Source: an uncultured Cytophagia bacterium (GTDB taxonomy: Bacteria; Zhuqueibacterota; Zhuqueibacteria; Oceanimicrobiales; CAZGRP01). From it: a stretch of DNA of 64,000 bases. The stretch lies in assembly GCA_964527995.1 (NCBI GenBank), contig CAZGRP010000016.1, forward strand, positions 806-64,805, read 5' to 3'. Positions within the stretch are counted from its first letter, which is position 1. Every line of letters starts with the position of its first letter. The position numbers and the translations under genes are program-made. The notes under the pieces are model-generated. The model searched no databases and was not told the DNA's origin. It worked only from the letters and a program-made list of their open reading frames with translations. Below are positions 8,390 through 18,391 of the stretch, one piece after another.

Positions 8390-9364
8390 ATGCGTTTCCG
8401 TTCGCTACATCGCCGGCCTGCCGATCCGCCCCGCTGTGCGCTCTGGCTGCTCGCCGGCGTCCTGTTGCTGCCGGTTGTGCCGGCCCAGGGACAGGAGGTG
8501 CCATTGCTGCGACTGCGGTCGCTGAGGGTGGTCGCTGACGGCGAGTTGATGGGCCGGCCTCTGCGTTATCCCGAGGCGATGTCGGTCGCCCCTGATGGGC
8601 GTCTCTATCTTGCCGACACAGGCAACAACCGACTGCTCCTCCTCAACCGCCAGGGTGAGGTGGTGCGCGAGGTTGCCGGGTTCGGATGGGGCAAGGACCA
8701 GTTCGACCGGCCGGTTGACATCTTTGCCAGTTCCGGACTGGACGCTTTCGTTGCGGACTACAACAACCGCCGTGTCCTCCGCTACGACAAAGATCTGAAC
8801 TATCTCTCCTCCTTCACCGCCGGAGAAGGGAAAGAGTCCGAACTCCAGCTTGGCTACCCTTCGGGAGTGGCCCTGTCGTCACATGGGGAGCTGTTTGTGG
8901 TGGACAACGAGAACCGCCGGGTGCTGAAGATTGATTCCTTCGGCGTGCCCGAATTCAGTTTCGGCGACTTCAGCTATGGCGACGGCAGCCTGGAAGATCC
9001 GCAGCGGATTGAGATCAGCCACGACGACGTGATCTACGTCAGCGATCGCGGCCGGCATTGTGTGATGACCTACGACTACTACGGCAATTATCTCGGCCGC
9101 ATCGGCCAGGGGGTGCTCGTCTCACCAATGGGACTTCGCTGGGAGGAAGGCAGGCTATGGGTGGCAGATGTGGAAGGCGACCAGATCGTCCTTTTCGACA
9201 GCGACGGGAAGGCCTTGGGGCGATGGAACGTGCCGGGCGATGGCCTGGGGGCTCTGGATGGCCCGATTGACGTGGACGTCTACAACGGCAACGTGTACGT
9301 TCTTGAACGCGACAGCCAGCGCATCCAGGTCTTTGACTGGCTTGGCTCGCCGCGACGGCCCTAG
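8390..9364 (+). CDS. Exported NHL-repeat beta-propeller protein
   Basis: Hydrophobic signal region; repeated motifs LYLADTGNNR, FVADYNNRR, FVVDNENRR, YVSDRGRH, WVADVEGDQ. Confidence 0.85.
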   Translation: MRFRSLHRRPADPPRCALWLLAGVLLLPVVPAQGQEVPLLRLRSLRVVADGELMGRPLRYPEAMSVAPDGRLYLADTGNNRLLLLNRQGEVVREVAGFGWGKDQFDRPVDIFASSGLDAFVADYNNRRVLRYDKDLNYLSSFTAGEGKESELQLGYPSGVALSSHGELFVVDNENRRVLKIDSFGVPEFSFGDFSYGDGSLEDPQRIEISHDDVIYVSDRGRHCVMTYDYYGNYLGRIGQGVLVSPMGLRWEEGRLWVADVEGDQIVLFDSDGKALGRWNVPGDGLGALDGPIDVDVYNGNVYVLERDSQRIQVFDWLGSPRRP

Positions 9365-9424
9365 CCCGTCGTTCGGGCATCAGGAGTCCCTGTCGCTACA
9401 ACAATCGTTTGCGGTGGTTAGTGC

Positions 9425-12400
9425 ATGAGGGGCCTTTTCGCAACCTTCCTGCTGTTCTCGGTCCTCCCCTCATTGTTGCAGGCTCAGGATCCGCCTGATT
9501 CTGCTCCCCCTGCCAGCCTTTCTTTGAGAACGGTCCAAATCGAATTGAGGCCCGACAGTTTGGACTATGAACTGGCAGACAGCCTCGTGGTCCCAGGATC
9601 GGAGCGTCTCTGGGTCGGCGCTGATACCCTCCGGCCGGGTGTCGACTACTCGTTCGACTATGTCCGGGGCTGGCTGCATCTCAGGCAGAAGGAATTTGCC
9701 GGCCGGACCTTGCATGTCCGTTACCTTCGGCTTCCCGTCCCCCTTCCAATCCACTACCGCCATCGCCGGCCCGTGGTGGTGTCGACAGATTCCCTGGAAC
9801 GAGAGCGGATCGTGGCTGCACTGGCCAAGCAACCGAGGGTGCAAAGACGGCGGGAGTCTGCGGCAAACCTGCGCAAGTCCGGCAGTCTTGTGCGCGGAGT
9901 TACCATCGGTAGCAACCAGGCCCTCACAGTCAACTCGGGATTGCGCCTGCAGCTGTCTGGTCGCGTCGGCAGGGATGTTCAGGTGGTTGCCTCTTTGACC
10001 GATCAGAATACGCCGATCCAGCCTGAAGGCAACACCCAGACGCTGCGCGAGATCGACAAGGTTTTCGTCAAGATTGGTTCCAGTCGCATGCAGGCGACGC
10101 TCGGTGACTTCGACCTGCGCTACAGCGGAACAGAATTCGCCCGCTACGAGCGCAAGCTGCAGGGTGCCATGGGCAGCGCCCGGCTCGGGAATGCCGAAGT
10201 CACGATCTCCGGCGCTGTGTCACGAGGCAAATTCACCACCAACCAGTTCCTCGGACAGGAGGGAAATCAGGGTCCCTATCAGTTGCGCGGGGAGCGCGGC
10301 GAGGTGAACATCATTGTCCTCGCCGGCACAGAACGGGTGTACGTGGACGGCGAGCTGATGACGCGAGGGGAGGACCATGATTACGTCATCGAGTACGGCA
10401 ACGGCCAGATCACATTTACGAGGAATCGACTGATCACCGCCGACTCGCGGATCACGGTGGATTTCCAGTACTCCGCCGAGCACTTTCGCCGTAATCTGTA
10501 CAGCGCGTCTGCCCGGGCACGAGGCCTCAATAACCGTCTCTCCATCGGCGCCACGCTGCTGCGTGAGAGCGACGACAAGAGCAACCCCCTCGACTTTACC
10601 CTGCGGAAGGAGGAACTTTCGCGGCTCCAGGCGGCGGGCGACAATCCGGATTCGACTGTGGTGGATGGGTGGCGCTTCGTGGGTCAGGGCGAAGGCCCAT
10701 ACGTGCGCGACGAGGCCACGGGAGTGTTCGATTATGTCGGACCCGGCAAGGGAGACTACGTGGTCACGTTTTCGTTTGTGGGCCGCGGCAAAGGCGACTA
10801 CGACTTCCAGGGTCTCGGCAACTACCGGTTCGTGGGCAAGGGTCAGGGCAGCTACCTGCCAATCATCCTATTGACGCCCGCCCAGCGCCACGAGGTGGCC
10901 GACATCGATCTTCGCCTCGAACCGAGCAAGGCCCTCTCTCTGACTGCAGAGATGGCCAGCAGTCTCTTCGACGCCAACCTCTATTCGAGCCGCGACGACG
11001 GCGACAATCGCGGCATCGCCGCTCAACTGGGGCTATCCTACCAGCCGGATCGACTCAGGCTTGCAGGCCGATCGCTGGGGCGCCTGCGGTTTGGAGCCCG
11101 TTATCGGCGCAAGAATCGCCGCTTCCGCGACATCGATCGCACGACCATCGTCGAGTATGCACGGCAGTGGGATTTGCCAGGAACGCTTCGCTCGCCCGAA
11201 GAGACGGTCACGGAATTCGAGACCTCCTACGAGCCGACTGCGGGCTTTTCCATGCGGGGCGGCCTCGGGCGACTGGCAAAGGGAGGCACATTCCGCTCCA
11301 ACCGGTGGGAGCTGGAGACTCGTCTCGACAGACAGGGCCTGCCCCGTTTCGACTACCGCATCGAGAGGATCAGCCGTAACGACCAAGAGAGAGTCGATCG
11401 GACTCTGTGGTTGCGGCAGCGCGGTAGCGCCAGCGTCAGCGTTGGCAAGCTCCGGCCCTTTGTGAGCTATGAGGGCGAAATCAAGAAAGAGAGTCGGGGT
11501 GATACGCTGCAAGGCGGGTTCCGTTTCAACGACGTGATCACTGGCATCGAGCTGAAGCGGTGGCGCGGCATGTCGCTGCTGGCCCAGTTCGGCGTACGCG
11601 ATGATGATCAACGCCTCGGGGGGATCTTCAAGAACAGGTCTGTGGCCACCACTCGCCAGGTTCGCTGGCAACTTCACGGCTGGCGTACCCTCAGTGCCGA
11701 CGTCTCTTTCGTGCACCGGACCCGCAACTTCGCCGACCCCTCACTGCAAAGTACGCGCACAGACTTGGCGGACGTGCGTGTGACCTTTGCGCCCCTGCAC
11801 CGCGCCCTCGAATCCAAATGGTACTACCAGATCAACAACACCCGGGTGGCGCGCCAGGAGCGGGTTTTCATCAAGGTGGGCGAAGGCCAGGGTAACTACC
11901 GCTTTGATCCTAATTTCAACGAATATGTGCCGGACTCGTTCGGCGACTATGTTCTGAGGATCTTCGCTACGGACCAATTCGTTCCGGTGATCGACCTGCG
12001 CGCCAGCATGAACCTTCGGTTCGAGCCCGCCAGGCTGCTGGTACGTTCCGGGCAGCGCCGCGATGACTTCTGGAGAAAATATCTGAGTCCGGTGTCCACA
12101 GAAACCCTGGTGCGCATCGAGGAGAAGAGCAGGGAATCCGACGTCTGGCAAATCTACCGCCTGAATCTGAGCCACTTTCAGCGCGAGTCAACGTCCGTGG
12201 CGGGGCTGATCCAGTTGCGCCAGGATCTCTACCTGTGGCGCAATCGCCGCGATCATTCCGTGCGATTGCGATATGAGAGCCGGCGTGAGTTGAACAATCA
12301 ATTCCTGGAAGGCGGGCAACGCCGGAGGCTGGCCGAGACGTCTGCGCGGCTCAATTTTCGGCTGGGTCCGCGTCTGGCCAGCCAGGTGGATCTGATCCAT

Positions 12401-12853
12401 CGCCGGCTGGAGCGGCGGTTTGCCTCCCGCAGTCGCCCCGACCGGGACATCGCGTCGGATCAGGTGGTTCTCGATTTGAGCTACCGGCCGCGGCCCGCTC
12501 TGGAGCTGGCTCTGCGTTCCATCGTCGGTCTGGACCGCGATCGAGAGCCAAAGCCGGATACGCGCGTTCGGCGGTTCGATCTTGCGCCACGGATGTCGTA
12601 TGCCCTCAGCCGCCAGGGCCGCATCCGGGCCGAGGTCAGCCTGACCAGGGTGACCGCCGAGCCGGGGAATCGCTTCATCCCGTTTGAGATGGCGGGTGGC
12701 CGGCGTGTGGGTACCACAGCCGCATGGAGCGTGGGCTTCAACTACCGCTTCGCCAGCAACGTGATGTTGAACCTGAGCTACAATGGCCGAAAGGAGCAAG
12801 GGCGCCCCGACACGATCCATGTCGGTCGCGCTGAGGTGAGAGCTTTCTTTTGA
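9425..12853 (+). CDS. Large conserved outer-membrane beta-barrel protein of unknown function (FCB type)
   Basis: Signal peptide, DQNTPIQPEGNTQTL motif, alternating beta-strand pattern, C-terminal ..EVRAFF. Confidence 0.7.
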   Translation: MRGLFATFLLFSVLPSLLQAQDPPDSAPPASLSLRTVQIELRPDSLDYELADSLVVPGSERLWVGADTLRPGVDYSFDYVRGWLHLRQKEFAGRTLHVRYLRLPVPLPIHYRHRRPVVVSTDSLERERIVAALAKQPRVQRRRESAANLRKSGSLVRGVTIGSNQALTVNSGLRLQLSGRVGRDVQVVASLTDQNTPIQPEGNTQTLREIDKVFVKIGSSRMQATLGDFDLRYSGTEFARYERKLQGAMGSARLGNAEVTISGAVSRGKFTTNQFLGQEGNQGPYQLRGERGEVNIIVLAGTERVYVDGELMTRGEDHDYVIEYGNGQITFTRNRLITADSRITVDFQYSAEHFRRNLYSASARARGLNNRLSIGATLLRESDDKSNPLDFTLRKEELSRLQAAGDNPDSTVVDGWRFVGQGEGPYVRDEATGVFDYVGPGKGDYVVTFSFVGRGKGDYDFQGLGNYRFVGKGQGSYLPIILLTPAQRHEVADIDLRLEPSKALSLTAEMASSLFDANLYSSRDDGDNRGIAAQLGLSYQPDRLRLAGRSLGRLRFGARYRRKNRRFRDIDRTTIVEYARQWDLPGTLRSPEETVTEFETSYEPTAGFSMRGGLGRLAKGGTFRSNRWELETRLDRQGLPRFDYRIERISRNDQERVDRTLWLRQRGSASVSVGKLRPFVSYEGEIKKESRGDTLQGGFRFNDVITGIELKRWRGMSLLAQFGVRDDDQRLGGIFKNRSVATTRQVRWQLHGWRTLSADVSFVHRTRNFADPSLQSTRTDLADVRVTFAPLHRALESKWYYQINNTRVARQERVFIKVGEGQGNYRFDPNFNEYVPDSFGDYVLRIFATDQFVPVIDLRASMNLRFEPARLLVRSGQRRDDFWRKYLSPVSTETLVRIEEKSRESDVWQIYRLNLSHFQRESTSVAGLIQLRQDLYLWRNRRDHSVRLRYESRRELNNQFLEGGQRRRLAETSARLNFRLGPRLASQVDLIHRRLERRFASRSRPDRDIASDQVVLDLSYRPRPALELALRSIVGLDRDREPKPDTRVRRFDLAPRMSYALSRQGRIRAEVSLTRVTAEPGNRFIPFEMAGGRRVGTTAAWSVGFNYRFASNVMLNLSYNGRKEQGRPDTIHVGRAEVRAFF

Positions 12854-12883
12854 CCGTACCTCTGTCCTCTGTGTCTGAGGGAG

Positions 12884-14644
12884 ATGAAACACATCCGCTA
12901 CATCATTCTTCTCGCCTGGCTGACGGTCGCGGCCTCGGGTGCGGCTAGCCAAGACCATTCGGCTGCACCGGTCCGAAGTATCAAAATCCGCAGTCAAGGT
13001 GCTCTACCGACTCGACAGCTCGAGGGCTGGCTTGGCCTGCAGCGCGGCAAGCCGCTGACGGAAGAAGCCCTCCAGGATGGCTTGCGCCGCCTGCTGAGCC
13101 ATCTTCAGGACGAAGGGTATTTTTTCGCCCGAGTCGATTCGGTGCATCGAACGGTGGTGCGGCGTGGCACGGCGGTCGAGGTGACGATCTCGGAGGGTCC
13201 CCAGGTCGTCCTCGGCCAGGTCCGATTTGAGGGGGTCGACGGGGAGGAAAGACGACGGATTGATCGGCAATGGCGTCTCTCCCCCGGCCGACTGTTGTCG
13301 GGGGCGGAACTGAAGGAGCAACTGCATCGGATCGTGCGATCCTACGAGGATCGTGGCTATCCCTACTGTAGCATCGAGTTGGTGCGGATGGAGCTGGCAG
13401 GGCGGGACGGGCCGGGCAAGCAGGCTCTCGACCTGGTGTTACAGGTGCGCCGCGGCCCGAAGGTAGTGATCTCGAAGATCGACGTGCGCGGCAACACGCA
13501 GACGCGCCGCAACATCATTTTGCGGGAGTTGGGAGTTCGACCCGGCGACGTGTACAGTCAGAAACGGGTTGACGAGATTCCGAGGAGGCTGCAAAGCCTC
13601 GGCTACTTCAAAGAGGTGGAGGAGCCAGTGCTGTTGCAGCATCCAGACGGAAGCAGCCGCCTGGTGGTTACCGTGGTGGAGGGCAACAACAATCGCTTCG
13701 ACGGCGTCTTGGGATACAATCCCGGCACGGCGAGAGGGCGCGGCTTCTTGACCGGCCTGGTCGATGTGTCCTTTGGCAATCTGTTCGGCACCGGCCGCCA
13801 GGTCGCGGTCCGTTGGGAAAAGCGCAGCCGGCAGACACAGCAATTCCAGTTGTCGTATCGCGAGCCCTGGGTGGCAGGGCTGCCGCTGAATGCGGGGATT
13901 GGTTTCGAACAGCTCGCTCAGGACACCAGCTATGTGCAGCGCGGGTGGTTCATCGACTTGCAGATCCCCGTGGCCGAACGCCTGTTCGTCTCGGGGCGGT
14001 TGAGTGGTGAAAGCGTCACTCCAGACTCCGCGGGCTCTCGATTTTACGCTGTTCCTCGGAGTCGCGCTCTGTCGGTCGGCTTTTCTTTGAAGTACCAAAC
14101 GGTGAACGACCCCCTAAATCCGCGCTCCGGCGTGCTTTACGCCACCAGCGTGGAAACGGGCCGCAAGAGGATCGATCCTCTGCCCGGTGAGGGAGCGAGC
14201 CGGAGTTTCACTCGTAAGCGCCTTTCTCTCGACTTCGAGGCCTATGTGGAGCCGATACGCTGGCAGGTGATTGCGGTGGCTTTCCACGGCAGGCAAGTCA
14301 CAACCGGCGAGCCCCGCGTGTCGCTCTCTGACCAGTACCGCCTGGGCGGCGCCCTGACTCTGCGCGGATACCGCGAAGAGCAATTCCGTGGTTCCAGGGT
14401 CGCCTGGTCGAATCTGGAGTATCGCTACCTCCTGGGTCCCGCGTCGCGGGCCTTCGTGTTTCTCGATGCCGGCTACTTCTGGCGGCGGGAAGCGACGGCG
14501 GCGGTGCGAGGGTTCAAGCTGGGATACGGCATCGGCGTCAGCATGGCTACCCGTCTTGGCATGCTCAGCATTGCCTACGGCCTCGGTCAAGGCGACGGGC
14601 TTATGGACGGCAAGGTGCACCTGCGGCTGGTGAACCGATTCTAA
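12884..14644 (+). CDS. Omp85 family (BamA/TamA-like) protein with POTRA domains
   Basis: POTRA motifs EGYFFARV, RGYPY, RGNTQTRRNIILREL; NLFGTG; LRGYREEQF; terminal Phe. Confidence 0.88.
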   Translation: MKHIRYIILLAWLTVAASGAASQDHSAAPVRSIKIRSQGALPTRQLEGWLGLQRGKPLTEEALQDGLRRLLSHLQDEGYFFARVDSVHRTVVRRGTAVEVTISEGPQVVLGQVRFEGVDGEERRRIDRQWRLSPGRLLSGAELKEQLHRIVRSYEDRGYPYCSIELVRMELAGRDGPGKQALDLVLQVRRGPKVVISKIDVRGNTQTRRNIILRELGVRPGDVYSQKRVDEIPRRLQSLGYFKEVEEPVLLQHPDGSSRLVVTVVEGNNNRFDGVLGYNPGTARGRGFLTGLVDVSFGNLFGTGRQVAVRWEKRSRQTQQFQLSYREPWVAGLPLNAGIGFEQLAQDTSYVQRGWFIDLQIPVAERLFVSGRLSGESVTPDSAGSRFYAVPRSRALSVGFSLKYQTVNDPLNPRSGVLYATSVETGRKRIDPLPGEGASRSFTRKRLSLDFEAYVEPIRWQVIAVAFHGRQVTTGEPRVSLSDQYRLGGALTLRGYREEQFRGSRVAWSNLEYRYLLGPASRAFVFLDAGYFWRREATAAVRGFKLGYGIGVSMATRLGMLSIAYGLGQGDGLMDGKVHLRLVNRF

Positions 14645-14745
14645 AAGACGTGGGTATCGGCGAGGAGGGAGCGCCGGTCCTACAGCGGCCTTGTCTTGGT
14701 TGGTCAAGTGGATGATGGAGCCAGCAAATCGCAGCACGCTCAGGA

Positions 14746-15603
14746 ATGCGAAACCCAACTCGTTCCAGGCTCGATGAGCTGATCGCCATGGTGCGACTGG
14801 TACGGCCGGCGAACCTGCTCATCGGGGCTGCCTCGATTCTCCTCGGCGCCTGGGTGACAGGCCGGTCGCTGCAGCCGGTGGCGAAAGTGCTTCTGGCCTG
14901 CCTGTCGGGGGCGCTGGTGATGGCCGGAGCCAATGCCATCAACGACGTCTATGACCTCGACATCGACCGTGTGAATCGTCCGCAGCGGCCGCTGCCGTCG
15001 GGCCAGCTAGCCGTCGGCGCTGCTCGGACGCTGGCGATATTTTTCTTTGTCACGGGTGTTTTTTTTAGTATATTTATAGCGCTTATCTCCATCATTGTTG
15101 CAGTTTTGACGGTGGCTCTGCTGTGGCTGTACAGTGCTCGGCTGAAACGCACGCCGCTGTGGGGCAACCTGGCGGTAAGCACGGTCACCGGACTGGCCTT
15201 CATCTATGGAGCCTTGGCGGTGGGGCGGTGGAAGGAAGCGCTGATCCCGGCTGGGTTCGCGTTCCTGTTCCATCTGGGCCGCGAGATCATCAAAGACGTC
15301 GAGGACCTTCCGGGCGACAGACAGCTCGGAGCCGCCACGCTTCCGGTGCAATTCGGCCGGCGCCTGGCGCTGCGGGTGTCCGCGTCGGCTTTTGCGTTGC
15401 TGCTGGTGGCGACGTATCTACCGTATGGTTTCGGACTGTACGGACAGACCTATTGGAAGATCGTTCTGTTTGGAGTGGATTCGGTTTTGGCGGGTGTGAT
15501 GGTCGCGTTGTTGCGCGACCCGCCAGCGCACGTGTTGGGGAGATTGAGCACGCTGCTCAAGGTTGACATGGTGGTAGGGTTGGTGGCGGTCTATTTTCGC
15601 TGA
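14746..15603 (+). CDS. UbiA prenyltransferase, DGGGP-synthase-like (geranylgeranylglycerol-phosphate geranylgeranyltransferase family)
   Basis: [52 protein letters not shown]; multiple TM helices. Confidence 0.8.
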   Translation: MRNPTRSRLDELIAMVRLVRPANLLIGAASILLGAWVTGRSLQPVAKVLLACLSGALVMAGANAINDVYDLDIDRVNRPQRPLPSGQLAVGAARTLAIFFFVTGVFFSIFIALISIIVAVLTVALLWLYSARLKRTPLWGNLAVSTVTGLAFIYGALAVGRWKEALIPAGFAFLFHLGREIIKDVEDLPGDRQLGAATLPVQFGRRLALRVSASAFALLLVATYLPYGFGLYGQTYWKIVLFGVDSVLAGVMVALLRDPPAHVLGRLSTLLKVDMVVGLVAVYFR

Positions 15604-15610
15604 CGAAGAG

Positions 15611-16060
15611 ATGCGCGCGGTTGTCCAGCGGGTCAAGAAAGCTTCGGTTTCCATAGACGGCGAGGTGGTGGGCAGGATTGGCCTCGGACTGGTGATCCTG
15701 CTCGGCGTACGACATGGCGATCGCGAGGAGGATGCCAGGTTTCTGGCGCAGAAGTGTGTCAACCTGCGTATCTTTGCCGACGAGGACGGGAAGTTCAACC
15801 GCTCGGCCCTGGATGTGGGGGGCGAGTTGCTGGCGATCTCTCAATTCACCCTCTATGGTGACACCCGCAAAGGCCGCCGCCCGAGCTTTGTCGAGGCGGC
15901 CCCGCCCGAAGTCTCCGAGCCACTCTACAATCGCTTTGTCGAGTTTTTGCGCGACTCCGGATTGCGTGTCGCCGAGGGCCGCTTTGGGGCGATGATGCTG
16001 GTGGAAATCCACAACGACGGCCCAGTGACGCTGATTGTGGAGAGCAAGGGCGCAGGGTGA
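15611..16060 (+). CDS. dtd: D-aminoacyl-tRNA deacylase
   Basis: [25 protein letters not shown]. Confidence 0.96.
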   Translation: MRAVVQRVKKASVSIDGEVVGRIGLGLVILLGVRHGDREEDARFLAQKCVNLRIFADEDGKFNRSALDVGGELLAISQFTLYGDTRKGRRPSFVEAAPPEVSEPLYNRFVEFLRDSGLRVAEGRFGAMMLVEIHNDGPVTLIVESKGAG

Positions 16061-16070
16061 GGGAAGGGGG

Positions 16071-16706
16071 GTGACTCTGCCAAGGAGCTACGTGCAAGTT
16101 TTCTCTGACATCATCCCAGGCCGCCTCATTTTGGCTTCTGAGTCGCCTCGCCGGGCCGAGCTGCTACGCCTGCTCGGTATGCCGTTTGAGGTTGCTCCCA
16201 GTGAGGCGGACGAAGATCGGGGACCGACGGAGCCGGTGGAGCACGTCCTGGAGATGTCCAGGCGCAAGGCGCGAGCGGTCGCCGAAAGCGTGGCGGCAGG
16301 GATCGTCATTGGTGCCGACACCATCGTCGTCATTGATGGGCGAATTCTCGGCAAGCCACGCGATGCCGGAGAGGCACGGCAGATGCTGCGGGCACTGAGC
16401 GGGCGCACCCACTACGTGTTCACTGGGTTCACGATGGTGGAAAAGCCTTCAGGCAGGAGCCTGTCGGACTTCGAGCGCACCGCTGTGCATTTCCGGCCGT
16501 TGGAGGATGACGAAATCGATGCCTACGTCGCGACGGGTCACCCGTTCGATAAAGCCGGTGCCTACGGCATCCAGGATGAAAGCGCCGTCTTTGCCGATCG
16601 CATCGAAGGGTGCTTTTACAATGTCGTGGGATTCCCGTTGACGAAGTTCTATCTCGCCCTGCGTTCCTTCGTTGGCAGACCCATAGCAGCCAAAGCCGCT
16701 GGATAG
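16071..16706 (+). CDS. maf: Maf family nucleoside-triphosphate pyrophosphatase
   Basis: LILASESPRRAELL, GADTIV, LGKP, DKAGAYGIQ; start codon uncertain. Confidence 0.92.
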   Translation: MTLPRSYVQVFSDIIPGRLILASESPRRAELLRLLGMPFEVAPSEADEDRGPTEPVEHVLEMSRRKARAVAESVAAGIVIGADTIVVIDGRILGKPRDAGEARQMLRALSGRTHYVFTGFTMVEKPSGRSLSDFERTAVHFRPLEDDEIDAYVATGHPFDKAGAYGIQDESAVFADRIEGCFYNVVGFPLTKFYLALRSFVGRPIAAKAAG

Positions 16707-16722
16707 CGGCATGTGAACGCGG

Positions 16723-17820
16723 ATGCACCTGCAAAATCAGGACTCCATGGAAACACTCGGTAAGAAGCTCAAGAGTGCTCGCAAGACCAAGGGCCTCACG
16801 GTCGAGGCGCTGAGCGAGAAGACCAAGATCAATCGCGACTTCATCGCTGCCATGGAGCGCGATGACTTCGCCTTTCTGCCGCGACCCTATGTGCGCGGAT
16901 TCTTGAGGCAAGTGGCTGCGGCTGTGGGGGTCGACCCGGATGAGGCGGTTTCGGTCCTTGAATCGCTATCCCAAGGAGCAGAGGAATCTGCCGATACGCC
17001 GGCTCAAGAGGCGCAGCAGGAGCCGCCAACGCAATCGCAGAGCGGCGAGGTGGATGCTGGCCGTGTGAAGACGGGGTCGGAAGGCCGTAGCCGCTCTGGG
17101 CGGAAAGGACGCCAGAGGGAGGCGGGGCCGAAAGCCGGAGCCTCGCCTGCGATGCCCGCCGATGCCGCCGCTCCGGTGGCCGAAAGCCCGATTGGACCCC
17201 CGATTCCAGCACAAGCTGCAGGAGGGGGGCGGAGGGCTGCGCCGACGGGTACTCTTGCACCGTCTGGCAAACGGCTGGAATGGCTGCTTGGAACTGCCGC
17301 CGCTGTCGTCGGTCTGGCAATCCTTTTGATCTACATCAGTTATAACCGCTCGGTCTCCAGGGATGCAGCTCAGCCGGTACAAGAGTTGCCCCTGGAAACG
17401 GCGCTACAGCCGGCGGACTCCAGCGCCGAGGCATGGGTTGAACCGGAACCCCAGAACTTGCAGCTTCAGGTGATGGCCGATCAGGCCACGTGGATGCGGG
17501 TTGTCATCGACGACCGGGACACATCCGAAGTCACCCTGCGCCAGGGCCAGAGCAAAACCTGGGAGGCAACCCGGCGATTTGGCATGCGATTCGGCAATGC
17601 AGGCGGTGTACGCTTGCTCCTGAATGGACGCGACCTGGGCAGGCCTGGGAGAAGTGGCCAGGTGGTGTCCATCACGGTCAGCCGGGAGGGCATCGTCAAT
17701 CGCCGCGTGTACGCGCCGAGGCGAGCGCAGCCGGACAGTGTCGCGTCTGTGGATCCTGGTGCAGGGATGCCCCTCGCCGCGGATGTCCAGGGGATCGGAG
17801 GCCGCCATGGGACGCGTTAA
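16723..17820 (+). CDS. rodZ: RodZ-like protein (HTH_25, TM, DUF4115)
   Basis: N-terminal HTH with PYVRGFLR, low-complexity linker, one TM helix, C-terminal WMRV..D and GNAGGV. Confidence 0.75.
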   Translation: MHLQNQDSMETLGKKLKSARKTKGLTVEALSEKTKINRDFIAAMERDDFAFLPRPYVRGFLRQVAAAVGVDPDEAVSVLESLSQGAEESADTPAQEAQQEPPTQSQSGEVDAGRVKTGSEGRSRSGRKGRQREAGPKAGASPAMPADAAAPVAESPIGPPIPAQAAGGGRRAAPTGTLAPSGKRLEWLLGTAAAVVGLAILLIYISYNRSVSRDAAQPVQELPLETALQPADSSAEAWVEPEPQNLQLQVMADQATWMRVVIDDRDTSEVTLRQGQSKTWEATRRFGMRFGNAGGVRLLLNGRDLGRPGRSGQVVSITVSREGIVNRRVYAPRRAQPDSVASVDPGAGMPLAADVQGIGGRHGTR

Positions 17821-18391
17821 CCTATGGGTCGTTCTGTTGATCCTGATGCTTTCAGCCACCACGGCGCCGGTGGCATCGGGGCAGGCTAGAAGAGCCCCGA
17901 TCCTGCGCGGCTGGGTGACGGCCGACTCGTTGTTCTCTGCCCTGCCGCGCTGGCGCCAGCTCCATGATTCTTTCCAGCCCGATACTCTGGCTTTGCGGGC
18001 ACTCAGAGCCTGGAATCTGGACCATGAGGTGCTTGTCTTCTTCGGCTCCTGGTGTCCGGACAGCCGCCGCGAAGTGCCGCGATTCATCAAGACGGTCGAT
18101 CTGATCCAGAATCCGCACGTGCGCTATCGCCTCTACGCCCTGGACCGTTCCAAGCGAGATGCTGCCGGGCTGGCACAGCGATACCACATTTCAGGAGTCC
18201 CGACCTTTATCGTGCTCGAAAACGGCCAGGAGATGGGACGTATCGAGGTGCACCCGCGGCATGGCCTGGAACGCGACTGGGTTGGGATTCTGCTCAAGGA
18301 TCCGGATTGGTGTGTTCGCATAGAGCGTATGGCACTGGCATTTCGGGTCTTGTTGCCGACATTTTACGTGCCGTTGTATCTCCACCCATGA
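17807..18391 (+). CDS. Exported thioredoxin-fold protein (CxxS)
   Basis: Signal peptide, FFGSWCPDS, cis-Pro motif GVPTF. Confidence 0.75.
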   Translation: MGRVNLWVVLLILMLSATTAPVASGQARRAPILRGWVTADSLFSALPRWRQLHDSFQPDTLALRALRAWNLDHEVLVFFGSWCPDSRREVPRFIKTVDLIQNPHVRYRLYALDRSKRDAAGLAQRYHISGVPTFIVLENGQEMGRIEVHPRHGLERDWVGILLKDPDWCVRIERMALAFRVLLPTFYVPLYLHP

